From assembly GCF_038025025.1 (NCBI RefSeq), contig NW_027117350.1:930001-994000 (forward strand): a DNA stretch of 64,000 nt, given 5' to 3'. The position numbers and the translations under genes are program-made. Below, one piece after another: positions 23,952 to 35,629 of this stretch. This DNA is from Phyllosticta citribraziliensis. Its lineage: Eukaryota. Under the pieces are notes generated by a model. The model ran no database searches and was not told the origin of the DNA. It worked only from the letters and a program-made list of their open reading frames with translations. Position 1 is the first letter of the stretch; the number at the start of each line of letters is the position of its first letter.

Positions 23952-26313
23952 TCACTCGTTCCCAGCCTCTGATGCGGTGGCCTCACTGCGGGCATTACCA
24001 GCACCACTGACAGCACCACTCGATGGTCCTGGTGTGGTCACCGCCCCCGACATGTTTGAATTGCTGGGTGTGTCAAAGGGACCGTGAACGTTGGGGGCTG
24101 GTGAAGAAGTTTGTGGCCGTAATCGGGACTGGGATCGAGGAGGTGCAGGAATGACAATTACACCAGGCGTGGGAGCCGGACTTGATCGCCGTGATGACAG
24201 GTCTTCTACTTCACCCGGTTGACCCTGGTTCTGAAGCATGTCATCGATGGACGTGTGGTGAGAGACGGAATGATTCCCCCTAGGCCCATTTGAAAAAGCA
24301 GTGAGGGTATCTGGTGACCACGTTCGCCCGCCACGAGGCTGCGCCGGGACAATAGTAACCGGCGCGTGTGTGTCCGCATGTTGACTGCCGACTACTTCAA
24401 AGAGCTTCTCGCTGTGCTCAGCGACGAATGCGCCTAGCCGGCCTTTCAAGTCCCATCGAGAACAGTTGTGTGGAGGTATTTGGTCCGAGGGGTCTTCCTT
24501 GACTGCTGGTTGAATCACTTGGGCTCTCACCAATTCCGGAGGCGGTGTGGTTCTCCGTCTCTTGAAAGGGTTGAGCACTGTTTTCCAGAGCGGGCTGAGA
24601 CGACCAAACATGGTGACGGTGTGTTGTGGCGGAGCCTGATCTTCAACATCGTAGTGATTGGCTGGCAGCGGATGTTCCTCCGGTCCTAGTGTTGTGGACC
24701 TCTCCCTGAAAGATGTGTCGACTTGGATTCGGTCGTCAAGCGTACTCACAGAAGGAGCATACGTTGGACGCTCGTCAGCAGCAGTGTGGTAGCGAACAGC
24801 GTACACGGTGCTGTCGGCGCTGGTAGTGTCTGCTCTGCTGATTGGCGTCGCAATTGGTGGTGGCGCTTGCGGATCTCTTGGGGGATTTACTATCGGAGTT
24901 TCGGAGGGAGTCTTGCGCTTCGAGTGGATTAGTCCAAGGGGAACGTAGCTGCGGTCCACGATTTGCGAATACCGCACGCGGCTAGCCCGATTCGAAAGGT
25001 TTCCAAGGTTGACGCCACGGTTGCCAGACGCCCGGCCTCCTTGGCTTCCTTTGCCATCTCCGTCATTGTCGTGAAAGTTCCGGCGCAGCCCAGGCCAAGC
25101 CACCTCTTCCGATGGCGAAATGTCGAGCATTTCGTCGCCGTCAAAAATCTCTCGTCCAAGGATCCCGTCCTTTTTGTCTTCGCGCTCCAGAGCTTCGATG
25201 CGTTCTACCCATTCCCACACAATGACACTGGCGGCGGCTGCTCCCACCCATCTGAAGTAATCACCCCATCCGGCGACGCTGTAGTCCGAAATATCCGTCG
25301 CGAAAAAGACAACCGGTGTCATGACGGCCACGATGGAAAGTAGCGCGACCAGGGTGATGTTGTACATCATCCAGTGATAGTAGGCGTAGCGTCGTTTGGT
25401 TAATGAGTAGTAAAGAACCCAAGCAGCGTAGAGCATGCTCAAGGCCAGTTCGAAGAGGTAGCTGAGCGCGGGAATCGCATCTTTGAATTGACGAGGCCGG
25501 CCGACGTCTCCGCCCATGAAGTTGTTTATGGAGCTGAATGTCATGTCTAGAATGATGAGCGCAAAACCGACCCATTTTATAATGACCTTTTCTTTGTGTC
25601 GAGGAAACAGTCGAATCAACGTCTGGACCTGTGCCAGCAGGAGGAAAATGTCGGAAATGAGGCGGGAAATCTTGATCTCTAGGCCGCCGACCACCTCTTG
25701 TCGTATCGCCGTCGCGTCCATGTAGCCATTGCGATACTGCTGCTCGGCGACGCGAAAGGTGTCGGCCGTCGCAATGGTCATGGAAATGGCGACGGTCAAG
25801 GCAGCGACCTTTTGCAACCAAGGTCGCGAGCCGACTCCAATGAGGGATGCGCCGCCCGAGGCGCCACTAATCATTCCGCGTCTGCCCATCAGGCCGGACC
25901 GCCCTCCGGGACCGCCGAGGAAAAAGGTCCGTGGGGTGATGAGGAGCATGATAACGAGCATCCAGGCGATGACGGTCGCGGCGCCGGTCGCGTAGACCTG
26001 GGGAGTGACGGATGCGTAAAACGGGTCTTGCATGTCAATGACATCGGTATTCTCGCGCACGTCGGTCGGCACGGCGGTGCAGGCGGGCGTGAAGAGGGCA
26101 TCGGCGGTCAGGGTGATGGTGGACGAGGGGTTCAGGATAATGACGCCGTCGGAGGGCAGAGTAAACGGGGTGCACAGCTGCAGTCGTAGTCAGCAGTGAC
26201 GAGAGGCGCAGAGGGAAGACAGGAGAGGTTGGTGGACTCACGGATGGGGCGATCGAGGCCGACGGAGTCGAAGTCGACGTCACGTCGCCAAACATGGACT
26301 CGCGCCACGGCAT
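23952..26313 (-). CDS. palH: Ambient pH sensor PalH/Rim21 (7-TM)
   Basis: A short exon 1 (ATG 26313, or the next in-frame ATG) is spliced via GTGAGT..GCTGAC..CAG to LCTPFTLPSDG. Motifs: DPFYAS, GSRPWLQKVAAL, AQVQTLIRLFPRHKEK, WVGAAAASVIVWEWVERIE, GILGREIFDGD, followed by a long cytosolic tail. Confidence 0.95.
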
Positions 26314-27139
26314 CTTGGAGGACGTCGGACGAGATTCAGAGGCAAAGGCATGGCCGGTGCAGGCAGAGCAGGACAATGGTGTTGTTGGAGGCCATTTGCG
26401 GATGGAGAGAATGCGAGGCTTGAGGGGGAGAATGCTTGGGCTGAGAGGCGAGAGTAGAGGCGCGTCGATCTGCTGCCCGGCAGGCCCGGAACCTGGTCAA
26501 GTCCCCTCAAGCCGCCTCACGATGTCTGACCTCTGCCTCAGACACACGGCTCGCGCCAACGAGCAAGCTTCGGAGCCAAGCTGGTGCAAGCGTTGGTCAG
26601 GGCCTTGTCTAGCCTTCCACACCGCTCCCACGCCAGCCCATAAAGACAACTACCGCCTCGCAAGCCGCGCCCCGCCACAGTTAGCCGCAGCCGCCTACCG
26701 CCACTCTTTTTGCTTCAATCCTGTCTGGGGCCGCCGTTTGTCAGACTCGGTCTATTTCAATGTGCAAGAGGAACTGGTTTGTCCGGCGCCAGCGTCTTTA
26801 GCCGTCTGCCTGCGGTCAGCTTGGGGACTTGATTGACGTCGTGACGGTTCACTAATCCCTGGCGTTCTCACCACCCAGATAATGTACACAGCCCGACGGA
26901 ATGCTTCTCGTGCTCTGCTGTGCTCTCGCGGAGACGTTGCCAAGATTACTGATATCTCCGTCCTGGCTTGGATGCCAACACCACTATCCCCCTCTCGGTT
27001 CAGGCAGCTTACTACCCCACAAGATGCGCTCGTCGCACTCGGCACCACCGAGATCCGGACCAATGTTCCGCACGGATTGCAATCACCATATGGACACGAG
27101 AAATGGCGATTATGAGTAATGCAAAATGGCGCTCGTGGG

Positions 27140-27145
27140 TATAAA
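27140..27145 (+). promoter_or_regulatory. TATA box of the aldehyde reductase gene
   Basis: TATAAA about 95 nt upstream of ATG 27236. Confidence 0.5.
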
Positions 27146-27235
27146 GAGCTGGCGCAAAAATAGCTGCAATAGCATCAACAGCTTCTACGGCATCAACTTC
27201 AATCCATCATCCCTTACTGAAAGAAACGTGTCATC

Positions 27236-28356
27236 ATGACTGGAGAACTCGTCTTTGTGAGCCGATGTCAGCTTTCCAGAAACACGGGTTACTGACTACC
27301 TCCAAAAGGTAACCGGAGCTGCTGGCTTTATTGGCACGCATGCCGTCGATGCTGCGCTCAAAGCCGGCTTCCGCGTCCGCGGCAGTGTTCGTCGAGAGTC
27401 CCAAATCGAACAACTCCAGAACCATTTCAAGTCCAAAGCAGCCGACTTTGTCATTGTTCGGGACATCACCAAGCCAGGTGCTTACGATGGAGTTCTCGAG
27501 GGCGTCGATTACGTCTTTCACGTCGCTTCTCCCTTGCCCTCGCAGGTCAGTCGTTTTTCTGAAAATAAGACTGTTGCTGATCCAAGACAGGCAACCGACT
27601 TCAAAAAGAACTTGATCGAACCCGCGGTGCTTGGTACCACGACCATCCTTGAGGCTGCTTCCAAAATTCCCAGCATCAAAAGAGTGGTCCTTACGGGCTC
27701 TGTCATTGATCTTGTCCCCCTTTCATTTATGGCAAATCCCGGTGTCATTGTCGGTACGACTTACTTGAAAAGTCCTTGGTCTCATATAAACTAATGCCGA
27801 AACAGAGGACCCCGAAGAAGAAGTCACGGCCGACCCCAACGAGGAATTCCAGGATTCTTTCCTGGCGTATCGCGCCTCCAAAGTCCTCGCACAGCAAGCA
27901 GCGCATGAATTCTTGGCCGAGAAAAAACCGCAGTTCAGTCTGACCAGCATTCATCCCACCACTGTGCTGGGTCGCAACCTCTTGCAAACCTCCCCGGATG
28001 CTATTTCCGGCACAAACGCCGGCCTCTGGAAATCGTTGACCAGCGAAAATCAATCGCTCCCTGGGGCTGCCTGGGTTCACGTACGGGATGTGGCCGAGGC
28101 CCATATCAAGGCCTTGAGACCTGACATTGCAAGCGGCGAAAAGTTCCTTGCCAACGCTGGAGCCCTGGACTGGGACGAGGTCAAGGAGTTTGTCAAGGAG
28201 CGGTATCCTTCGGTGCAGGTGGGGACGTCCTCGGGGCCGGCGATTTTCCCGGTGGATGGTTCCAAGGCTGAACGAGTTCTGGGCATGAAATGGAGGCACT
28301 GGAAAGAGGCTGTCTCGGAGGTTGTTGAACAGCAGCTTGGAAATAGCAAGCTGTGA
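27236..28356 (+). CDS. NAD(P)-dependent epimerase/aldehyde reductase (Gre2/Ari1-like extended SDR) with C-terminal SKL
   Basis: Four exons. Motifs: MTGELVF|VTGAAGFIG (Rossmann GxxGxxG), FHVASP, IEPAVLGT, catalytic YRASK, WVHVRDVAEAH. Ends GNSKL. Confidence 0.92.
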
Positions 28357-29167
28357 GTGTTGGACACTGTTGCATCACCAGGTACGTTTAATGCTCTACC
28401 ACATTACGGTCCGCAGTCGGCAATATCATCCTTCATCCCATCACCCCTTAGCAAGACAGCATTCTTTTTACCTATCCATGTACTAATCATGTCATCAGGC
28501 GTTGCTTGTCATGTCTATTTTGCATCTTTGGCCCCATTTGCAACAACACGGTCTTCTGCAGGCTTGTCAAAGACTAGAAGCGCATATTTGTAGATCAGAT
28601 TTCCGTCCACCTTCGCGCTTCCTGTTCTTCAATTGTTCTTGTGCGATATTGAAAACCATTCGATCTGCTTTCTCGAAGACTAGTTGTCCCCAATGAGTAT
28701 CTACACAGACCAATGGCAAACGTTTAGCTCTAGCTTTCTGCATTTGTGCGTCTGCTTCAAAAACATCACAGTTTGGTCCTAAATCGGCAACGTAAATCAT
28801 TCCCAAGCTCCTCCGAGCCGCCTCTCGTCGAGGAGCTCATAATAGGGCGGCAACAGGTAATTGAACCACATTCTTGTCTAGACCGAGATCTTCAGGGAAA
28901 GGGTGAGTATGGAAATTTCCGCAAGACCAGAGATGAGACCGTTGGATAACTGTTTCCACCTTTGGGGCACTGATTCTATTCTCATTTTAGGCGTTCGGCG
29001 TAGCTACACCGCGCGCGCTTATAACCATGTGGTCAGACATTTAAAATTGCGAGAGTCTGTCGTGAAGTTATTAGAAACCTTGTTTCCCACAGCATCAAGA
29101 CCAAGTCCTCTTCAAAGCTCGACTCTGGGCCTGCCAACCCACATTCTGGTTCTTGTGACCAAACAAA

Positions 29168-29903
29168 ATGGTCGTTCTTCTTGTCTCTCTGTTGGCTAGT
29201 CTGCTACCATCACTCGCCATCAATATACCCCATCCCCATATCAATATCCCTAACATCATTCCTGGACACGGCTCTCATCATGACGAGCCGCCGCACTTTT
29301 GCCCCGTTATCGACAAACAGGAGGAAATACCGGGAAAGGCGTGGCAAGTCGGGGTCAGCGTTCCCGGCGGAGGATGTATGTCCCATGCTCGACCAAGCGC
29401 TTCCCTTTCCACAGCGTCTTTCATACGTCGAACTTGCCACTGATTTTTCCAAAGCCATCCAAGTCCAAGAGCAGCACGAGGTCGGCACGACCTGGGAGCA
29501 GGGCAAGGAACTCAGCATCGGAATCAGCTACATCGTGTCGGCTGCCGCTGCCATTAGCATTTCCGTCGCCGAAACGGTCACAGACTCGATTGCCGAAACA
29601 GGCTCATTAACGTGTCCCGTCGGCCGCTGGCATTGTAGTCTCATGGTCTACCCATCCATGATCCGGTTGAGAGGACATGTGAAGAAGCTGGGACCCAACG
29701 ACAAATGCGATGGCGGGGAGTTTTCGTCCGACACCCTTCAAGACGGCGCGACTTGGGTTCTTGTCCTGCCCAGGAAGGACGCGTCTGGAAATGGGTTTTG
29801 GGGGGTTGAAGTGTGTACGTGTGTAAATTTGAAGTATGCGAAAGACGAAGGACATCCAAAGGTGGAATGCAGCGAAGACTGCGCGCAGACTGGAGCACCT
29901 TGA
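29168..29903 (+). CDS. Small secreted Cys-rich protein (about 218 aa, 8 Cys)
   Basis: Signal peptide MVVLLVSLLASLLPSLA. An intron of about 29376-29454 (GTATGT..ACTGAT..AAG) joins the 29168 frame to the 29181 frame. Confidence 0.75.
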
Positions 29904-30341
29904 GTTTGACCGTGGCCCGAGGCTGAGGATGTTCTCCGTGAAGGTTTGGAAGGGTGCCTGGGTGATTCGCGTGTCGTTCAGCATTCCAATTCCAGAGGTT
30001 GCACACAACATCAAGGTCCGTCTGGTCCGTCGCGATGCCAGAAATCGATCCGCATGGTCCTTGATGAAATTCACGTCAGCCCTGAGGTCGTAGCCACCGT
30101 GAATGGGGATTCTGCGTGAAGTACACGTGGGGCGACGTCATCCCACGTTTTGGTAAGGGTCTGGCGTGGACCGGTGCTTGCCAGTCGCGGTAGCCTGGAG
30201 TTGGTCCGCTTAGCTGGCCCCAAAAGCTCCCGTCAACACCAGCGCCAGCATCCCCGACACACCGCCAGCTACGTCACAGCGCGGCAGAACCTCGGCCAAA
30301 TACCACCCGCACCACCGCAACAGCACCACAAACGACTCGTG

Positions 30342-33005
30342 ATGGCTGACAGGGAGCAGTCGTCCGCTGCGCCAGCAGCAGACCGGGAGCATCCGTCCTC
30401 TACACCGCAGACACAACAGGAGCCGCTCTCGCCGGCCCGCCAGGCGTCTGAGCAGCCTTCGGCCCCCGCGCCGCCGTCGACCCAGAAGATCACGCCTCTC
30501 ACGGAGAGGCCTCTTGACATTCTCCTCCTCCTTGTACCGCACCTTGACGCCAGCAGCTTCATCAACCTCACGAGGACGTGCAAGGTCTTCTACGACGAGA
30601 GCTTCCGCCTTGATCCCGCGTACTGGGCCCTCATCACGCGCGAGACGTTCAGGTTGCCCAACCAGCCTGCGGTCGATTTCAACGGCCCGCTTTGGCAAAG
30701 CCTCTACAAGCGCCTCCTTACCCAGACTCATGTATACACGTGGGGAAACAATGACCATGGCGCCCTGGGCCAAGAAAACGACAACGAGACCGACGAGCCC
30801 CCTCGCCCTCGATGGCCACGCCTGAGAGGCCCCATTCTTCGACGCGGCGGCCGCCATCCTATGCGCATCCCTCTTGATCATCGTGCTTATCCTTTCGAGA
30901 TGGTCAAGTCCAAGGACCTGGGCGTCATTTCCGACATGCAGTGCGGCGGATGGTCGACCACGCTGCTGACATCACGCGGCTCCCTCCACACCTCCGGAAC
31001 CATTGGCAACGACTTCGTCTCCCACAACAACCTCCAGCCGTTGAACTACCCTCCTGGATACCCTAAGCCCACAGAGCGCCAAGATGAAGCTGTGACGATT
31101 CGCCAATTCTCGTCTGGACGGTCACACATTCTTGGTCTCTCGGACAATGGCCGCATCTGGTCCTGGTACTCTGTGAAGGAGCATGGTCGCCGCATTACAT
31201 TCCTCCACGTCGACACCATTGAGACGAAGAATGCTTCTTTAAAGCACGAGAAGCGCGGCGTCGTTCGCAAGGTGGTCGCAGGATGGAACGCCAGCTCCGC
31301 CTATGTTACTGGCAGTGGCATTATCTTGTGGAAGCCCCACAGCCGCAGCTTCAACGCAACCGACGACAGGACTGCCGACACGATCGAAATTGCAGACTCG
31401 GTTCAAGTCCCCAACACTACGTACACCCGCCCACTTGGCACTGCCCGCGAGCCTGACGACGCGACCCGCGAGCTCGGATTGAACGTCGGCGAAGTCATCA
31501 ACTTTGTCGTTCTTGAGCACTTTGTCGTCTTCGTCACCGACATTGGCAAGTTTTTTGCTGCTCAATTGGAATGGGATGCGGATGGAAATGGCGGCAACTG
31601 CACGGGCATTGTTGAGCTCGCTGCTCTCAGCACCGTCACCGATAAGAGGAACAGGGTTGACATTCAAGGCTCGTTCAGGTCTTTTGCAGCCTTTCGACAT
31701 GATGAAGTCATTACAGGCTCCCAGGACTACCTCAACGCCTGTTTCGATCACGGCCCCGACAATGCCCATATCGATGGACTCAAGCGCATCCCAGCCCTCC
31801 AAAACAGCGGCGTCATCTCTCTTGCCTTTGGCGACCATCACTACCACGCGCTCAAGAAAGATGGATCGATCTTTTCGTTTGGCAGGGAATCTCAGGCCTG
31901 CGGTTCTCTCGGCCTTGGTGGTGAAGGAGAGGCGGAGAAGCGCCTCCGTGGTCAGTATTTTGACACTAACCGAATTGACAACCTTCTCGTCCAGCACGCC
32001 TACACCACCGGCCGTCAAGTCTGGTTCGACGAGGTCAAGCGTAAGTGGGTAACGTACATTTCCTCTGGCGGATACGACCCAGCAGACGCCCAAGCCCGCA
32101 TCCGCGAAACCGCGCACCCCCGCTCGCTCGCCCTCGCCGAAGTCAGCGAGTGGATCGAACAGCAAGGCAGAGACTGGGACAAGCACCCTGATCTCGCAGA
32201 CGCCAACGAAGACGGTCTCGGCTCCCACTTTGCGCTGACCGTGACGGCGGCTGGTTGGCACAGCGGTGCTATTGTGCTCGTCAACGAAGAGCTTGCCAAG
32301 CGCGTTGAGCAGCAGTGCATCATTGCAGAGGAGGACATCGAAGACGAGAACGCCCGTGAACGATCCCTTGAAAACGTCGATCCCCACGAAGACGACATCT
32401 CCGCCGCTGCACACCCTGCCGACGCTAGTACCACCAACGACGAAGCTCCTGCCCTGGACAAAGGCAAGAAAGCCAAGGTCTTCCAGAAAGTCAGTACTTT
32501 CTTTCAGTTTTTCCTTCGCCTGTGGTTTCGCCGCATTTTGAGCACAGCCAGCAGCATGTTCAGCACAATCTTGTCCACGACCCTCTCCCCCTTTCTCCTC
32601 CTCGTCCGCTCCTTCTTCTTCTTCACCGCCAGCAGCAGGCGCACCGGCCCCAACATCCAACTCTCGGCGGCGGGCAACTACTCGTCGCGCTACTCTCCCA
32701 CCTCTCCATCCTATCTCCGCTACCTAAAAGCGCAGGGCCTCGTCCCGCGCCGTCGCTTCCGCCGCAGCATCAGTGACGTTAACAATTCGCAGACCACGCC
32801 GCGCATCGATCCCTCCGCCTTCGTCGACCCCGTCAACCACGGCGCGTCCCCCGGCCCCGGCTTCTGGTACCGCTGGGCCGACCACCACTTCCCGCGCCTC
32901 CAGCTGTCGAATGGCGTGGTGCTGCCCAGCGAGCGCGGCGTCCCGATCGATCAGTGGAAGGGCGGCGTCAGGCCGAACTGGGTGCTGGATCAGGAGTTTA
33001 GATAG
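30342..33005 (+). CDS. SAF1: F-box + RCC1-repeat protein (Saf1-like SCF-associated factor)
   Basis: F-box LTERPLDILLLLVPHLDASSFINLTRTCK. RCC1 motifs VYTWGNNDHGALG, DMQCGGWST, SSGRSHILGL, LAFGDHHYHAL, TAAGWHSGA. C-terminal FPRLQLSNG. Confidence 0.88.
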   Translation: MADREQSSAAPAADREHPSSTPQTQQEPLSPARQASEQPSAPAPPSTQKITPLTERPLDILLLLVPHLDASSFINLTRTCKVFYDESFRLDPAYWALITRETFRLPNQPAVDFNGPLWQSLYKRLLTQTHVYTWGNNDHGALGQENDNETDEPPRPRWPRLRGPILRRGGRHPMRIPLDHRAYPFEMVKSKDLGVISDMQCGGWSTTLLTSRGSLHTSGTIGNDFVSHNNLQPLNYPPGYPKPTERQDEAVTIRQFSSGRSHILGLSDNGRIWSWYSVKEHGRRITFLHVDTIETKNASLKHEKRGVVRKVVAGWNASSAYVTGSGIILWKPHSRSFNATDDRTADTIEIADSVQVPNTTYTRPLGTAREPDDATRELGLNVGEVINFVVLEHFVVFVTDIGKFFAAQLEWDADGNGGNCTGIVELAALSTVTDKRNRVDIQGSFRSFAAFRHDEVITGSQDYLNACFDHGPDNAHIDGLKRIPALQNSGVISLAFGDHHYHALKKDGSIFSFGRESQACGSLGLGGEGEAEKRLRGQYFDTNRIDNLLVQHAYTTGRQVWFDEVKRKWVTYISSGGYDPADAQARIRETAHPRSLALAEVSEWIEQQGRDWDKHPDLADANEDGLGSHFALTVTAAGWHSGAIVLVNEELAKRVEQQCIIAEEDIEDENARERSLENVDPHEDDISAAAHPADASTTNDEAPALDKGKKAKVFQKVSTFFQFFLRLWFRRILSTASSMFSTILSTTLSPFLLLVRSFFFFTASSRRTGPNIQLSAAGNYSSRYSPTSPSYLRYLKAQGLVPRRRFRRSISDVNNSQTTPRIDPSAFVDPVNHGASPGPGFWYRWADHHFPRLQLSNGVVLPSERGVPIDQWKGGVRPNWVLDQEFR

Positions 33006-34350
33006 GGGGTGCTGGCTGCTTCTGGGTCTCTTATGGGAGAAGGGGTGGGGTTGGTGAGGAGGCGGTTGAGAGGGGCGTGGTTTGTATGAACTATGATTAC
33101 TTGGTCTCCTGCTCACGAGCGATCTCCTCTCTCCTCTGACGCTGACGGACGAGAGGACGGATAAGCGGAGAACACGCCGCGAGCACTGCGAACTCGCCGT
33201 GACGTGTGCGGTCTCGTGGGCGAAAAAACGGGGATGGCGACTAATTGCAGTACTGAGCGTGGTCTCTTGCGATACTAACCACACTTTCTCACACATCCCG
33301 CCAGATCTTGTGTGATTTCGTGCTGATGAAGACTGACGAACTAATTGACGAATTAACTAACGGACTGATGAACTGACGTACTGATGGACTGATTAATAGA
33401 TAAAACACGCGAGGTCTGAGCAGGTCGTGTAGGTGCGGATGCACATAACACACATTTTCACACACTTACCTCTCCTCAACGCAGCCATATCAACACAAAG
33501 TAGCCAAGAGACACAAGCAAAAGGGTAGACCAGATGACCAGCCAGCCAGCTAGCCAGCCAGCCTCTAAAGCTTAACCCAACCACGCACGCATACATGCAC
33601 CCAGCCCCCCCCACACAATCAAAAAAACCAAAATCAAAAGAGGAAGAAAAAGCAAAAACAGAAAAATAGCATCGAGATACGCTTAAGCAACACCAAAGCT
33701 AAACCATACCGGCCACTCTGGCTCGCGGCGGATACGTTCGTTCGTTCGTTCGTTCGTTTGTAACTTAACCTTCTTGACGCAGCTGAGCCTCCCCCCTCGC
33801 CTCGCAGAGAAAGTAAGGCAGGTAAACAGGTACCTAGTCGAGCCGCGTGCGGCCAACATTTATCGGGAAGCCGCCGCATGTTCTATATCTAAATATAAGC
33901 GAAGCTTTGTGTCCGCGAGTCACGCGGCGGCGGCGGCGGTGGGCCCTGGTGTGCGTCGGCGTAGAGATGCACGACTCGCGTGCGCGCTCGCGCTGTTGGG
34001 GAGAGAAAGACTGAAGGATGTTGCGGCTGAGAGGGAGGGACGGAGGGAGGAATAGACGTTTCCTGGCGCACGGGATAGGGGGAAGAGGCTCGGGCTGTGG
34101 CAGGGGTATCGATGGGTGGCGGCTGAAGGGCGTCGTTCGGCTTGGACGGTGCTCAGCAGTCTGCTATGGGCATGGAGCATCAAGTGGAAAAGAGATGGGA
34201 AGAAGTGAAGAGAAATGATGGTTATTGTGGTGGTGGTGGTGGTGTGCATGGATGGATGCCTCTAGCTTTAGTAAGGTATGTATGGATACAACAAAACGCC
34301 AAATGCTCTTCTTTCCCCTTCGCTCTGCCCATGTGAACGGCACGCATCAA

Positions 34351-35211
34351 TCATTTCCCCAGCGTCAAGAACAACCGATCGCCCACGTCGCCCAAGCCGG
34401 GCTTGATCATGCCGTGGCCGTCCGTCTCCTTGTCGACGCCGCCAACCCACACGCTGACGCCCTCGGGCCAGCTCTCGGCGACGCGCGCGACGCCCTCCTC
34501 GCTGCCCAGCACCGACAGCACCAGCACGCGCTTGACGCCCCAGTCGCGCAGCGTGTCGACGGCGGCGCAGGCGGTGGCGCCCGTGGCGATGACCGGGTCG
34601 ACGACGATGGCGAGGTCCGAGGGCCCCGGGGCCGTGGTGGGGTGCGCGGCCGACGGCCCGTGGTATGGCAGGTTGTTGTAGTACTCGACGGGCTGCAGGG
34701 TCGTCTTTTCGCGGTACAGGCCGAGGTGGTGGACGGGGACCGGGTCTGGGAGCAGCGAGAGCACGGCGTCGGTCATGGAGAGGCCGGAGCGCAGGATGGG
34801 GACGAGCGAGACGTGCGAGGGCGATATGGAGCTCACGGGGAAGGAGTAGCCGAGCGGCGACGTGTCCTGCGATAATGATGGTGTTTGTCAGTTGTCGTGT
34901 CTTTTGTTTTTGGTGGTGGTGGAATTGCAAGGCCGAGGCGTGGTTGGGTCGTGGTGGGGTAGTGGGGCTGAGCTGAGCGGAGTGTAGGAGCTCTCGACGA
35001 CGTGAGAGACGGGAAGTGAGCGGGTGAAACTCACGGAGCCGGCTTCTTTCTCGTCGAGAGCCTTGGCCAGAGCTTCGACGGAGACGATGGTGGCGATTTC
35101 GTGAATCAAGGCCTTGGTGTCGCGGGCGTTGGTGCTGCTGGAGCGCAGCTGGGAGAGCTTGGCCCGCAGGCAGGGATGCGCTGAGACGTGGGCATTGTGG
35201 GGAAGAGCCAT
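34351..35211 (-). CDS. Uracil phosphoribosyltransferase (bacterial Upp-like fungal paralogue)
   Basis: Two exons, intron 35034-34867. Motifs: HVSAHPCLRAKLSQLR, LVPILRSGL, HLGLYREKTTLQPVEYYNNLP, PRPP loop VVDPVIATGAT, PGLGDVGDRLF. Confidence 0.93.
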
Positions 35212-35629
35212 GGCGGAGGTGGAGGACGACGACGGGGAAAGTGGTCAATTGAGGTTGAATTGGAACGAGACTGCGAGACAGAGCGATGGCTTTATTGTTT
35301 GGTGAGCTGTGGTGGTGACGCCGCATCGAGATAAGGTCATGGGCGACGGCGTAGGTGAGGTCGGGAGGTCTGGCCGGCGGCGGGAGACCCTGGCGGCGAT
35401 CAGGCATGGCCCCAGCAGCAGCGTCAGATGTGCAAATTATTGACGAGACACCCCAGACCAGAGGCCAGATGCCCATTTACAATAACCTTAGCCCCAGGTA
35501 CCGCCTGCTGCGGCGTTTCGCAATTCGAATTTCTCATCCCCAGGCCACTCACCACTCACCACTAACCTCTCACCCAAGACTCAACTCCATGCCCAGCCCT
35601 CTGCTTCGACGCCATCGTCTCTGCTGATC

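Noticed and set aside
18381..33005. DCN1 + MVP1 + PalH + Saf1 as a ubiquitin/endosome functional cluster
   Set aside because: These are ordinary housekeeping genes with unrelated genes interspersed. Nothing in the sequence indicates co-regulation.
34268..35476. 402-aa minus-strand ORF spanning the UPRT locus
   Set aside because: It is an Arg/Pro-rich off-frame read-through of the UPRT exons and intron. The real frames carry the UPRT motifs.
35212..35629. Fluoride riboswitch upstream of FEX
   Set aside because: By eye there is no match to the crcB-motif core. This riboswitch class is known from bacteria and archaea; cmscan would settle it.
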